Notes under the pieces: model-generated
Database searches by the model: none
Seen by the model: only the letters and a program-made list of their open reading frames with translations
Told to the model about the DNA's origin: nothing
In this document: one piece after another, positions 10,656 to 20,067 of the stretch
How positions within the stretch are numbered: the first letter of the stretch is position 1
Layout: every line of letters starts with the position of its first letter
Program-made: the position numbers and the translations under genes
Source: Pseudomonadota bacterium
GTDB lineage: Bacteria; Bdellovibrionota_B; Oligoflexia; Oligoflexales; CAIYRB01
Assembly (NCBI GenBank): GCA_031416315.1
Contig: JANOTL010000094.1
Location: forward strand, 1 to 64,000
DNA: 64,000 bases
Reading direction: 5' to 3'

Positions 10656-11891
10656 ATGCAAAGACTCAACGCACTCATGGTCGTCGGTTTGGCAACGGGC
10701 GTCTTCGGCACCGCTTGCGGTCGGGACGATCGAGACGACGATGCCGCCCTCGCGGCGTCCTTGGAGCTGATCGACGATCCGGCGGCCCTCGGGGCACGGG
10801 TCACCGCGCTCGAGCAGCTCGTCGTAGTCGAAGGCCTCGAGCTCTCGGGGAAGCCCGTGGCGACGCCCTTCTCACTGACCATCGTCGCGCGGATCGCGCC
10901 ACCGGTCGTCGGCTCGAGCACGCTGCAGGCGACGAAGGTCGTTCTCATGGGGAAACGCGCGTACGTCTCGTATAACCTCGCAGGCGAGCCGCAAGCCGGG
11001 GCAATCGACGTCATCGACGTCAGCGGGCCGAGGCCTCGCCTCACGACTCAGCTCGTTTCGAAAGATGCGGACGTCAATGCGCTTGCCGTCGAGCCAAGCG
11101 CGCTTTATGCCGTAGGCGCCCGCGCCGGCAAAGCGTTCGCGAGACGGATCGAGCTTAAGAACAGCGAGCTGACGGTGGAAGCGCGCGACGTGGAGCTCCC
11201 GAGCTTCGCAGGCACGAGCGCCGCGCTCTCGAACGGTCTGTTGCACGCGACCTCGGGAAGCGACGGGGGGCTGACGATCTTGAAAAAAAACGACCTCGCT
11301 CGCAGCGCGCAAATCCCTTTGACCGATGCCCGCGACGTCGCCGCCGTCCGCAGCGGCAACGGCACGGTCGTCGTCGCCGGCACGCCGGGGCGCATCGCCG
11401 CCTTCGACAAGAATGGCGTGCTGTCCGGCGTCAAGGACATCGGAGGCGCGACCATCACGGAGTCGAAGTCTACCGTCGAGTCCGGAAAGTATACGACCCT
11501 CGTGGCGCTCGGAGACGGTGGTATGCGGCTCTACTGCGGCGCTGGCGAAAGTTTGCTCGCGGAGGTTCCGGCCGTCGTCATGGCGGGTGTCCCGCCGGCG
11601 CAAACCGTGACGAACTCCGCCAGCGCTTCCGGCGCGCTTCTGTTCACGGCGAACGGCGAGGCGGGTGTCCGCGTTTACGCCGTGCGCGGCAAGAAGAACA
11701 ACGACAAGTGCGAGCCCGTCGAGTTGCCTCTGCTTGGAGCACTGAACTTCGGCGCGAAGCTGTCTGCGAATGGCGCGACCTACGACGGCACCTTTCTTTA
11801 TGTCGCGACGGGCCTGGGCGGTCTCGAGATCGTGCGAGTCGATGGCACGAAGGCGGAAGATGGAGACAGCGACGAGTTCGCGGTCGAATGA
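10656..11891 (+). CDS. Beta-propeller (LVIVD-like repeat) lipoprotein
   Basis: Lipobox VFGTA-C. Repeats AYVSYN...GAIDVIDVS, LFTANGEAGVRVY, LYVATGLGGLEIV. Confidence 0.75.
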   Translation: MQRLNALMVVGLATGVFGTACGRDDRDDDAALAASLELIDDPAALGARVTALEQLVVVEGLELSGKPVATPFSLTIVARIAPPVVGSSTLQATKVVLMGKRAYVSYNLAGEPQAGAIDVIDVSGPRPRLTTQLVSKDADVNALAVEPSALYAVGARAGKAFARRIELKNSELTVEARDVELPSFAGTSAALSNGLLHATSGSDGGLTILKKNDLARSAQIPLTDARDVAAVRSGNGTVVVAGTPGRIAAFDKNGVLSGVKDIGGATITESKSTVESGKYTTLVALGDGGMRLYCGAGESLLAEVPAVVMAGVPPAQTVTNSASASGALLFTANGEAGVRVYAVRGKKNNDKCEPVELPLLGALNFGAKLSANGATYDGTFLYVATGLGGLEIVRVDGTKAEDGDSDEFAVE

Positions 11892-12200
11892 GAGCGGCGA
11901 CCGAAAGGGGTCACGGGCGATTCGGTCGACTCGGCATAATTCGTTAGATCGTCTATGTTGTGCCCCAACGCCGCCTGCCCTGCCTTCAAAGCGCCCGCCG
12001 TCGCCGAAGGCGCCGTTTCCTCAGGTTGCGCTCGAGCTCGCCGGCGTCCGCCAGCGTCGCGAAAAAATGCTCTCGTGTTTGAATCTCGTTCATACGATCG
12101 CCGATGCAAAATCATGATCGCGTTGAAAGCGGTTCAATTCTTGCAAAAGTGTTTCCGCTCGATGACGTGCCCGATTGCGAGTCTAAGAAAAGGTGGAAGC

Positions 12201-13721
12201 GTGCAGAGAACCCATTTGCCGACTTGCTGGGAATCCGTGGCATCGCACCGCTATCCGTCGCTGAATCGCGACATGGCGGTCGACGTCGTGGTCGTAGGCG
12301 CAGGGATTACCGGGCTCACCGCCGCGCTCCTACTCCAACGGCAAGGCAAGCGCGTCGCCATCTTGGAGGCGTTCCAGATCGGCTCGGGCACTTCCGGAGC
12401 CACGACGGCTCATCTGACGACCGACACCGATCATGACTACACGGTGCTTGTGCGATCGTATGGGGTCGAGCGCGCGGCGCTCGTGCGGCGCTCGTTGACC
12501 GAGGCGATCGACCGGATCGAAATGCTCGCGAAAACGGAGCGGATCGACTGCCAATTTCGGCGTGTTCCCGGGTATCTTTACACGGAGAAGCGAGCCGACC
12601 TCGAGTGGTTGGACGAAGAGTTGGAGGCGCTCCAATCCGTTGGGATGCCGGTGGAGCGCGTGGCCGAAGTCCCCTTGCCGTTCAAAATCCAGCGGGGAAT
12701 CCTCTTCTCGCATCAGGCCGCTTTCCACCCGCTTCTTTACCTGAACGGGCTCGCCAAGGCCTTCGTCGAGGCCGGTGGCTTGCTCTTCGAGCAGTCGAAG
12801 GTGGCCAGCTTCACGTCGGGATCGCCATGTACGGTCGTGACGAGCCAAGGCACTGTGACGGCTGACCAACTGATCCTCGCGACGCATACGCCGCTCGGTC
12901 TGAATCCGCTCCATGCCGCCTTGGCACCGGTCCGGTCCTTCGTATTGAGCCTCAGGACCAGCCGTCGGGTGCCGGACGCCCTTTTCTGGGACACGGAGGA
13001 GCCGTACAACTACCTGCGTCTCCTTTCTCCTGAAGTGCCGGGCGTCGTGATCGTCGGCGGGAAAGACCGCAAGACCGCGCATGGTCGCGAGGCGGATTCC
13101 TTCGCGGAGCTCGAGGCCTATGCCCGGGAGCGGTTCGACGACGCGGTCTTTCTCGAGCGCTGGTCGGCGCAGCTTTACGACCCTGCGGACCACGTTCCCT
13201 TCATCGGCAAAAGTCCGGTCGGCGAGAGCACCTACCTCGCAACGGGATTCTCGGGCGACGGCATGACCTACGGAACCCTGGCGGGCGTCATGCTTTCGGA
13301 GCAAATTTTCGGGCGAAAGACGCCCTACGATGATCTCTACCGGCCGGCTCGACTCCGCCTCTCAGGATTGAAGGAGCTGGTCCACGACCAACTCGACGTC
13401 GCCAAGAAGTTTGTCGGCGATCGGTTACCAGGAAAGTTGCCGCACTCGATCGCCGACATGGCGCCTTCGACCGGCCGCGTCGTCAGCATCGACGGGAAAA
13501 AGATCGCGGCCTACTGCGACGCATCCGGTAAGGCTCGCACCTTCAGCGCCGTTTGTCCGCACCTCGGCTGTCTCGTGCGATGGAACGAGTCCAATGGCTC
13601 GTTCGACTGCCCATGCCACGGGTCGCGGTTCAGCGACACCGGTGACGTCATCGAGGGACCTTCGGTCTCTGGCTTGCGCGCGGTCGATCTTCATCCAAAG
13701 AGCGACCGCGCACCGACGTGA
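12201..13721 (+). CDS. FAD-dependent oxidoreductase with C-terminal Rieske [2Fe-2S] domain (YhfW-like)
   Basis: VVGAGITG Rossmann motif; CPHLGC and CPCHGS Rieske motifs. GTG 12201 with an AAGGTGGA RBS-like sequence. Confidence 0.92.
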   Translation: MQRTHLPTCWESVASHRYPSLNRDMAVDVVVVGAGITGLTAALLLQRQGKRVAILEAFQIGSGTSGATTAHLTTDTDHDYTVLVRSYGVERAALVRRSLTEAIDRIEMLAKTERIDCQFRRVPGYLYTEKRADLEWLDEELEALQSVGMPVERVAEVPLPFKIQRGILFSHQAAFHPLLYLNGLAKAFVEAGGLLFEQSKVASFTSGSPCTVVTSQGTVTADQLILATHTPLGLNPLHAALAPVRSFVLSLRTSRRVPDALFWDTEEPYNYLRLLSPEVPGVVIVGGKDRKTAHGREADSFAELEAYARERFDDAVFLERWSAQLYDPADHVPFIGKSPVGESTYLATGFSGDGMTYGTLAGVMLSEQIFGRKTPYDDLYRPARLRLSGLKELVHDQLDVAKKFVGDRLPGKLPHSIADMAPSTGRVVSIDGKKIAAYCDASGKARTFSAVCPHLGCLVRWNESNGSFDCPCHGSRFSDTGDVIEGPSVSGLRAVDLHPKSDRAPT

Positions 13722-13871
13722 ACTTGAGCTACGGCTTGGCCGCGAGCTCACAAACGAGGCGCGTCGTGTGGCCGTTCTCATGGCGGGGTGCGCCGGACCA
13801 AGCCTTCGTTCACCCCGCCGCGGTGATCACAGGCTGTGAACACCTTGAAATGACGACCCTACTCTTCGCTT

Positions 13872-15446
13872 TCACAGCGGCGGCCAGCTCCTCGCCCGCC
13901 CGTTCTCGTCGACGACGAGCGACGTGGCGCCCTCGGGCAGAATTTGCAAGGTCTTCAAATACTCGATGACGGAGTCTTGATCGTACGCCGCGAGCTGCCG
14001 AAACTTGGTCGACGACGCTTGCGCCTCTCCGGCGTGCGCTAGGATGGCTTCGCGCATCGTCGTGAATTTGCCGTGGTGGAAGAACGGCGGCTCGTTCGCG
14101 ATACCCCATAGCTTCTTCGTTAGGAAGAAGCGGGCCCCGGCGAAAAAGGCCTCGGACCCGGGCGTCTGGTTCATGTCGATCGGGTCGGCGTTTGGATCAG
14201 ACGGCCCTGCCGTGATGTCGTGGAGCTTCATGTCGGTGAACGCGGGTACGTGCACGACGCCCTCTACAGGCACGAGGCGCGGGCTCGGCAAGGCGGAGCT
14301 GGTCAAGTCGACGTCGAACCGAGGCGCGTCGCCGGGCCGAAGGTTCTTCGGCGGGTTAAACGGGTTCGGCTCCGAGTAGACCCAGCCGTCGTCGTCGAGG
14401 GGCAAGGTCGGGCGATGGCAGCTCGTGCAGTTCGCTTCGGCGAACTTGCGCTCGCCGTTGAGGACGGCGCGCTCCACCTCTGGATCACGCGGGATCACCC
14501 GACCTGGGACGGCGAGCGTCGCCTGAAAGACCGTCGTCGCCGTGACGTCGGCGCGTGTGATCTCGTTCCCGAAGCCGTCGCCGTCGGGATCTGCCCCGAG
14601 GCCGAAGCGCTCCGTCGCCTGCATCCCATGGTGGTGGTTGAACGCGTTGTTGGTGAACTCCCGGAGCGAGACGACGGTTCCGGCTTGATGGAAGGGGCGG
14701 ATGACCAAGCTAGGCGGCTCTCCCGGCCCGGCCGACTCCAAAGCTTGCGGCGGCAAGCCTTCGACCGCCGTAGTGTTCCACGCGCCGTCCGCCTCGCGGC
14801 GGAGCGTGCCGAAGCTCACTCCCTTCGTTTCGAGCCGCGCGGCCGTTCCCGGCGCGAGGCGGTCGCGAATCGCTTGCATCTGCGCGGTCATCTGCCGCGC
14901 CAGCATCTCGACGTACCCCGAGCCGAACATGCCGAGCGTCGAGCGGGAGTTGGTGGCGCTTTGCAGCGTGACGGGCTCGCCGCGCTCGTCGACCGCGCCG
15001 CGCGTCGGCACTTTGTCGTTCGCATCGAAGGTCAGAAAGTCGAAGCGCTGCCCAGGAATGAAGGCGTTGGTGACGAAATGGCCGCCCCCTCCCGAAAACG
15101 GCGTGTTGTGACAGGAGACGCAGCCGTTCGAGTCCATCGCGCTCAGACGGTTGAAATTCCGCGGGAAAACCAGGGGCGAGCTGGCGTCGGCCAGCGGGTC
15201 TCCGGTGCCTTTCGTCAGCGGCCGCCCGCCGCCCTCCTGCGGCGTCCATACGGCATTGAACAGTTTTTTGCCGTGCTCGACGACCGCCCGCAGGCCGACT
15301 TGAAATTCCTCACCATCCTGGAGATGCCGGGTGACGGCGATTTCTTGACCGATCTCGGTGCGCGGCTGGCCGGACGGCGACGTTGCCGCGAGGCTCGACG
15401 TCGAGATCAGGAGCAGACCGAAGCTCGTGACGCTTTTTTGAGACAT
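13872..15446 (-). CDS. Secreted di-heme oxidoreductase (DHOR / thiol oxidoreductase family)
   Basis: Signal peptide, CVSCH and CTSCH heme motifs, AFTDMKLHD, LWG...PPFFHHG...AILAHAGEA. GGAGGG RBS. Confidence 0.85.
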   Translation of the reverse strand: MSQKSVTSFGLLLISTSSLAATSPSGQPRTEIGQEIAVTRHLQDGEEFQVGLRAVVEHGKKLFNAVWTPQEGGGRPLTKGTGDPLADASSPLVFPRNFNRLSAMDSNGCVSCHNTPFSGGGGHFVTNAFIPGQRFDFLTFDANDKVPTRGAVDERGEPVTLQSATNSRSTLGMFGSGYVEMLARQMTAQMQAIRDRLAPGTAARLETKGVSFGTLRREADGAWNTTAVEGLPPQALESAGPGEPPSLVIRPFHQAGTVVSLREFTNNAFNHHHGMQATERFGLGADPDGDGFGNEITRADVTATTVFQATLAVPGRVIPRDPEVERAVLNGERKFAEANCTSCHRPTLPLDDDGWVYSEPNPFNPPKNLRPGDAPRFDVDLTSSALPSPRLVPVEGVVHVPAFTDMKLHDITAGPSDPNADPIDMNQTPGSEAFFAGARFFLTKKLWGIANEPPFFHHGKFTTMREAILAHAGEAQASSTKFRQLAAYDQDSVIEYLKTLQILPEGATSLVVDENGRARSWPPL

Positions 15447-15568
15447 GTTTAGCCCTCCCTGAGTTGCTCTCGCGTGCAGGGTAGTGCTGGTCCGCTCGGT
15501 GCGTAAGGAACAGCACCTCGCAAAAAATGATCGGATTTGCACAGGATATCTGCTAGTTTTTTCGCCAC

Positions 15569-17350
15569 ATGACGCGAAATCCCCCTGAACTCGAATCCGA
15601 GCTTTATCGCGGCGATCACCGAGCGATCATGGCAAGGTCGCACCGGGTCGGACTGGTCGAGCCGCGGCAGGCTCTCGACCTCGTGGGTGCCTTGGCGATT
15701 CTCGGCCGCCTCGACGAAGCCGAAATCGTGCGCGTCCAGAACGCGGCCACGCAAACCGAGGCGGAGCGGGTCGAAGCAAACGCGTACCTCGCGATCGCTT
15801 GCATGAGATACTCGCGGCACGCTGAGGCGAGAGCCCTGATCTCGGCGAGCCTCGCGATCGGCGGCCGAAGCCCATGCGATGAGCGCGATACGTTTTTTCT
15901 GCGGCAGACGCTCGGTTTTCGCGCCTACGTCGCCGGCCGGTTCCCCGTGGCGTTGATGCATGCGCGTCGGGCGTTCGAATGCGCGACGCGTGTCGAGTTT
16001 CGCTACGGCAAGGCGCTGGCCGCGGACCTTCTCGGTCACTGCATGGTCCAGACCGGGGAGATCTCGCGCGGGCTCGAGATGTTGGAAGAAGCGCTGCGGA
16101 TCGCGAACGAGACGAGCCTGGGTTGGTTGCGTCAAGCGATTCGCGTCTCGCTCGAAGTGTATCAGGCGCAATTCGGCGTGAGCCGGCTGGAGGCCGTGGC
16201 GAGACTTCAGAATCTCCACGACGAGCTGACGCAACAGGACAGCTACTCGCAACCCGCGCTCTTGCTCGAGCTAGGTCGTCAGCAAATACTGCGGGGGCGC
16301 GTCACGGAGGGCCGCGAAGTGCTCGATCGCGCTTGCCGCCTGGTCTACGGCTCGGCGCACCGGCGCTATGGCGCGCTGCTGAACCTTCGCTACGCCGTGG
16401 CCTTTTTCCGCGAAGGCGAATACGCGCAAGCGCTCAACCTCGTGCGGTCGGCCGTCAGAGAGCTGGATCTCCGGTGCGACCGCGCGATCGAGGTGGAGCT
16501 GCGGGGCTTCGAGCGGCGTCTCCTGCGCTTCTTGGGCATGAGCTCGGACGCCGTCGACGCCCGGCTCGTCGCGCTGACGCGGCAAACGGGCCGCTACCTC
16601 AGCCGGCGGATGAACGCCCGCGCCGGCCTCGGGGAGGTCTCCGTGAAGCGCGCGGGCGAGGATCCGCTCGGCGAGATCTGTGACCTCGTCGCGAGGCTCA
16701 GGAGCGCCGCCGCGCCGGAGATCATCGCCTCCGGTTGGCTCGGGCTCTTGAACGACGCTTTGGACTTGGAGCCGCGCGAACGCCGGCTCGTGTTCGACCT
16801 CGTCCCCGGCAGCTTGACGCTCTTCGACCGTGGCAACGTCGACCACGTCCCGCTGGTCTCGACGCCGCTCTTGCGGTCGGTCGCGGCGCGGCTTGGCACG
16901 GGCGAGACGAGCAAACAACAGCTCGTCGAAGCGGTTTGGGGCTACAAGTATCAGCCCCTGAAGCACGACGCCTTGGTCTATCGGACGATCTCCCGTTTCC
17001 GCCACGTGCTCGGCCGCCACGCCGATTGGCTCGGCGCGACGATGCAAGGCTATCAGCTGGCGCCCGATGTGCGTTTGGCGTTCGAGGGCGCACGCGTCAA
17101 CGGCCCGAGCCCGGCGCGCGTCGATCCGGAGTCGGCGCCGGAGCGTCTGAACTACCGGCAGATCGACTTGCTGCGGTGCCTCGGCGCCGATGATTTCACC
17201 GACGTCCGCAACGTTAGGGAAGTCTTCGGCGTCTCCGAGATTACGGCCCGCCGCGATCTGGTCGCGCTCGTGAAGATGGCCTACCTCGCTCGCGTCGGCA
17301 GCGGGCGGGCGACGAAATATCGGCGAATTGAGACAACGCACCTCAACTAG
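15569..17350 (+). CDS. TPR-containing transcriptional regulator with winged-helix and C-terminal DeoR-like HTH
   Basis: Helical TPR-like N terminus; SKQQLVEAVWGYKY...YRTISRFR (OmpR-like wHTH); FGVSEITARRDL...GSGRATKY (DeoR-like HTH). Confidence 0.75.
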   Translation: MTRNPPELESELYRGDHRAIMARSHRVGLVEPRQALDLVGALAILGRLDEAEIVRVQNAATQTEAERVEANAYLAIACMRYSRHAEARALISASLAIGGRSPCDERDTFFLRQTLGFRAYVAGRFPVALMHARRAFECATRVEFRYGKALAADLLGHCMVQTGEISRGLEMLEEALRIANETSLGWLRQAIRVSLEVYQAQFGVSRLEAVARLQNLHDELTQQDSYSQPALLLELGRQQILRGRVTEGREVLDRACRLVYGSAHRRYGALLNLRYAVAFFREGEYAQALNLVRSAVRELDLRCDRAIEVELRGFERRLLRFLGMSSDAVDARLVALTRQTGRYLSRRMNARAGLGEVSVKRAGEDPLGEICDLVARLRSAAAPEIIASGWLGLLNDALDLEPRERRLVFDLVPGSLTLFDRGNVDHVPLVSTPLLRSVAARLGTGETSKQQLVEAVWGYKYQPLKHDALVYRTISRFRHVLGRHADWLGATMQGYQLAPDVRLAFEGARVNGPSPARVDPESAPERLNYRQIDLLRCLGADDFTDVRNVREVFGVSEITARRDLVALVKMAYLARVGSGRATKYRRIETTHLN

Positions 17351-17359
17351 GATCCCCGC

Positions 17360-17851
17360 ATGAAAATCGCAGTCACGCTATTTGGATTCTGGTTCGTTAC
17401 GACGCCCCTTACCGCCCAGCCGCGCCACACTTACCTGGCGCCGATGCCCGTGGCCTTGGCGGCGACCGACGTCGACCTCGCGACGTTCGACATGCCCGAA
17501 GCCATCTGGACCGAGGAAGGTGAGCGTATCGAATTCATCTATCAGTTGCCGAGCGAGCTCGTGGGCACCCAGCGCGAGCTCATCCGCATGGTCAAGAGCG
17601 GCATGACCGCCGGCGGCTTCGTCGAGTTCACGAGCCCGGACTGGACGGCCATTTGCCATTGCACCGAGCGCCAGATGGTCTGCACCATCAAGCGGGCGGC
17701 GCCGGGACCCTATGCGAGCATCTCGGCGCAACTCGTCGAGCAAGATCTCCGAGCCAGGTTCGCAGGCGACGCCCGCCTCGCGAAGCGGCTCTCGCTCTCC
17801 GCGCACTTCCTGGGCGACCCGGCGGGGGTGATCGTGGTGCAGTTGCCGTAA
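17360..17851 (+). CDS. Secreted hypothetical protein
   Basis: Signal peptide MKIAVTLFGFWFVTTPLTA; starts 9 nt after the regulator stop. Confidence 0.7.
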   Translation: MKIAVTLFGFWFVTTPLTAQPRHTYLAPMPVALAATDVDLATFDMPEAIWTEEGERIEFIYQLPSELVGTQRELIRMVKSGMTAGGFVEFTSPDWTAICHCTERQMVCTIKRAAPGPYASISAQLVEQDLRARFAGDARLAKRLSLSAHFLGDPAGVIVVQLP

Positions 17852-17879
17852 AGGTAAAGGTTGCGAAGAAGAACGCCGC

Positions 17880-19223
17880 TCAAGGCACGACGAAGCCGTG
17901 TCGCGCAAGATGCTCGCAAAGCATCGCGCGCCCGGCGATCCGTGCCTTCAGCGTCGAGAGCAAGGTAAAGACGCCGGCAAGCTTCCGATCGAGGAACACC
18001 AGCTCTTCGGCCGGCGCTCGCGGCCTGCTGCCGAGCAGCGCGAGGCCGCGGTCGACGACCCGTCGCGGTAGATCGCTCCCGCCCCAGTCGTACGGCTCGT
18101 CGGACGAAAAGGGCTCGAGCACGAGCCGCCCGAGGTCGTACATCAGCCGCTTCACGTCGACGGAGTCGTCAGAGCGCAAGATTTTGAGATTGGTCGCCGC
18201 CGTCTCGTAGGCACCGCGATCCTCGGTCAAGCCGGCGTGAATGAGCGTGTAGTAGGTGCGCAGAAAATCCGGCGGAAACTCCCGGACCGCGCCGAAATCG
18301 TACAGAATCCACTGATCATCGCGTTCGCCTTGGACGAGGCGGATCGCGTAGTTCCCGAAGTGCGGGTCGGTCTGCACGACCCGCCAGACGAAGAACTCCT
18401 GGAAAAAGAGCTCCAGGATGACCGAGCCCAAACGGTCGCGCCGCGCCTGCGGTAGGGCCTGGACCTCGGGGCCGTCGACCCTTTGCCCCGTTTCGAGCTC
18501 GAGGGCGAGGACGCGCCCGGTCGACAGCGCCGGAATCGGCCTCGGCACGACGAACCTCGGATCCGTCGAAAGCCGCGCCCGGGTCGCGAGCAAGGCCGCG
18601 AGCTCGCGCTCGTAATCGACCTCACGATGCAGCATCGCGCGCACCTCGGTGAAGATCGCGTCGAACGCCGGGCCCGAGGGCACGAGCCGCAGCACGCCGA
18701 GAATCGTCCGGAGGCGCGCGAGGTCGGCGTCGATCGCCGCGGCGACGCCTGGGTACTGGATCTTGAGCGCAAGCTCCTTCGGTTCCTTGCTCCACCTCGC
18801 GCGGTGCACTTGGCCGATCGAGGCGGCGGCGAACGGCTCCGGCTCGACCTGGAGCTGGGAGCGCAGCTCCTGGCCGATCTCCGAGCGCAGCGCTTGGTCA
18901 ACGACGGCGAACGCGACGGGTGCGGTGTCCGCATGGAGGCGCCGAAGCAGCACGTTCACCTCGGGCGGGAAGAAATGCTCGCCGTAGACCGCGAGCATCT
19001 GACCGGCCTTCATGATGCCGCCCTTGAGCTTGCCGAGCTCGTCGGCGAGATAGTCCGCCTGCTCGCGGAGGAACGCATCCCACCGCGTAGCTCGCGAGCC
19101 TTCGTCGCCGAATCGCTTGGTCGCGAGGCGCAAGGCGGTCTTCACGCCGATGGCCGTGGTCAGGCGCAGAACCGCCGTCGTGCGCTCCAAGCGTGACGTC
19201 TTGAGACGCTTGAGCTCATCCAT
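17880..19223 (-). CDS. ABC1/AarF/UbiB family atypical kinase
   Basis: LKGGIMKAGQML, FAAASIGQVHRA, ALKIQYPG, QTDPHFGNY, YDFG. Confidence 0.93.
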   Translation of the reverse strand: MDELKRLKTSRLERTTAVLRLTTAIGVKTALRLATKRFGDEGSRATRWDAFLREQADYLADELGKLKGGIMKAGQMLAVYGEHFFPPEVNVLLRRLHADTAPVAFAVVDQALRSEIGQELRSQLQVEPEPFAAASIGQVHRARWSKEPKELALKIQYPGVAAAIDADLARLRTILGVLRLVPSGPAFDAIFTEVRAMLHREVDYERELAALLATRARLSTDPRFVVPRPIPALSTGRVLALELETGQRVDGPEVQALPQARRDRLGSVILELFFQEFFVWRVVQTDPHFGNYAIRLVQGERDDQWILYDFGAVREFPPDFLRTYYTLIHAGLTEDRGAYETAATNLKILRSDDSVDVKRLMYDLGRLVLEPFSSDEPYDWGGSDLPRRVVDRGLALLGSRPRAPAEELVFLDRKLAGVFTLLSTLKARIAGRAMLCEHLARHGFVVP

Positions 19224-19305
19224 GGCCGAGCTTGTGCATCGAAGTCTCCAACGGTAGAAACGAAGGAGCGGGAATTCTGACACAGATCCGAGGTCTTGAG
19301 CTCCA

Positions 19306-20049
19306 GTGATTGCAGTAAGCCCGAATCCCTTGGCCGATGCCGAAGCGCCGCTCGCGATCGTGGTGACGGGCGCGTCGGGCGGCTTGGGATCGGCGCTGTG
19401 CCGAGAGCTTTTGGACCGCTTTCCTAACGCGACGGCGACGGGGTTGGGACGAAGTCCGCCTTCCTTCGCGCACGAGCGACTCGGCTTCTGCAACATTGAC
19501 CTGTTCGACGAGGCTGCTTGGACGGCGCACGCGCCGGAAATCCCGGCTCGCATCGACGTCTTGTTGCATGCCGTCGGGGGCTTGCACGGCCCGGGGCTCA
19601 CGGTTGAAAAGGCTCTGTCCGACGTGCACGAGGACGAGATTTTGGCGGCTTATCGGGTCAACGCCGTCTCGTTTCTTTTGGCGATGAAGCACTTGAAAGG
19701 CCGGCTGCGCCGCGAGGGCTGTTCTCTCGTCGCCGCCCTTTCTGCCCAAGTCGGAAGCATCGGCGACAACCGCAGCGGCGGCTGGTACGGCTACCGCATG
19801 GCGAAAGCCGGGCTGAACATGGGCGTGCGTAACGTCGCGCTCGAGCTGCGCGGCCGGGCGATCACCGTCGCGATCCATCCAGGCACGACGGCGACGCGCC
19901 TCTCCGCGCCATTCGTCGCGCGGCGCTCGCCTGCGAGCGTCGCGAGCCCGGAGGCTTCCGCCAAGCACATCCTCGATGTGCTGGCGCGGCTCACGCCTGC
20001 CGAAACGGGGCGATTCTTCAGCTGGCGCGGCATCGAGCTGCCTTGGTGA
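19306..20049 (+). CDS. Short-chain dehydrogenase (CsgA/C-factor-like SDR)
   Basis: VTGASGGLG, SAQVGSIGDNRSGGWYGYRMAKAGLNM (YxxxK), HPGT, GRFFSWRG. Confidence 0.92.
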   Translation: MIAVSPNPLADAEAPLAIVVTGASGGLGSALCRELLDRFPNATATGLGRSPPSFAHERLGFCNIDLFDEAAWTAHAPEIPARIDVLLHAVGGLHGPGLTVEKALSDVHEDEILAAYRVNAVSFLLAMKHLKGRLRREGCSLVAALSAQVGSIGDNRSGGWYGYRMAKAGLNMGVRNVALELRGRAITVAIHPGTTATRLSAPFVARRSPASVASPEASAKHILDVLARLTPAETGRFFSWRGIELPW

Positions 20050-20067
20050 TCGCCAACTGGTCGTAGT

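Noticed and set aside
11283..11290. A8 run in the lipoprotein gene as a phase-variation site
   Set aside because: Explained by Lys-Lys-Asn codons; in frame, with no other support.
10572..12144. GG-N10-GC matches at 10572-10586 and 12130-12144
   Set aside because: Weaker matches with no associated palindrome; could be real but are not counted in the regulon.
15552..15567. sigma54-like TGGC...TAGC upstream of the di-heme gene
   Set aside because: Spacing is GG-N11-GC, whereas sigma54 requires N10.
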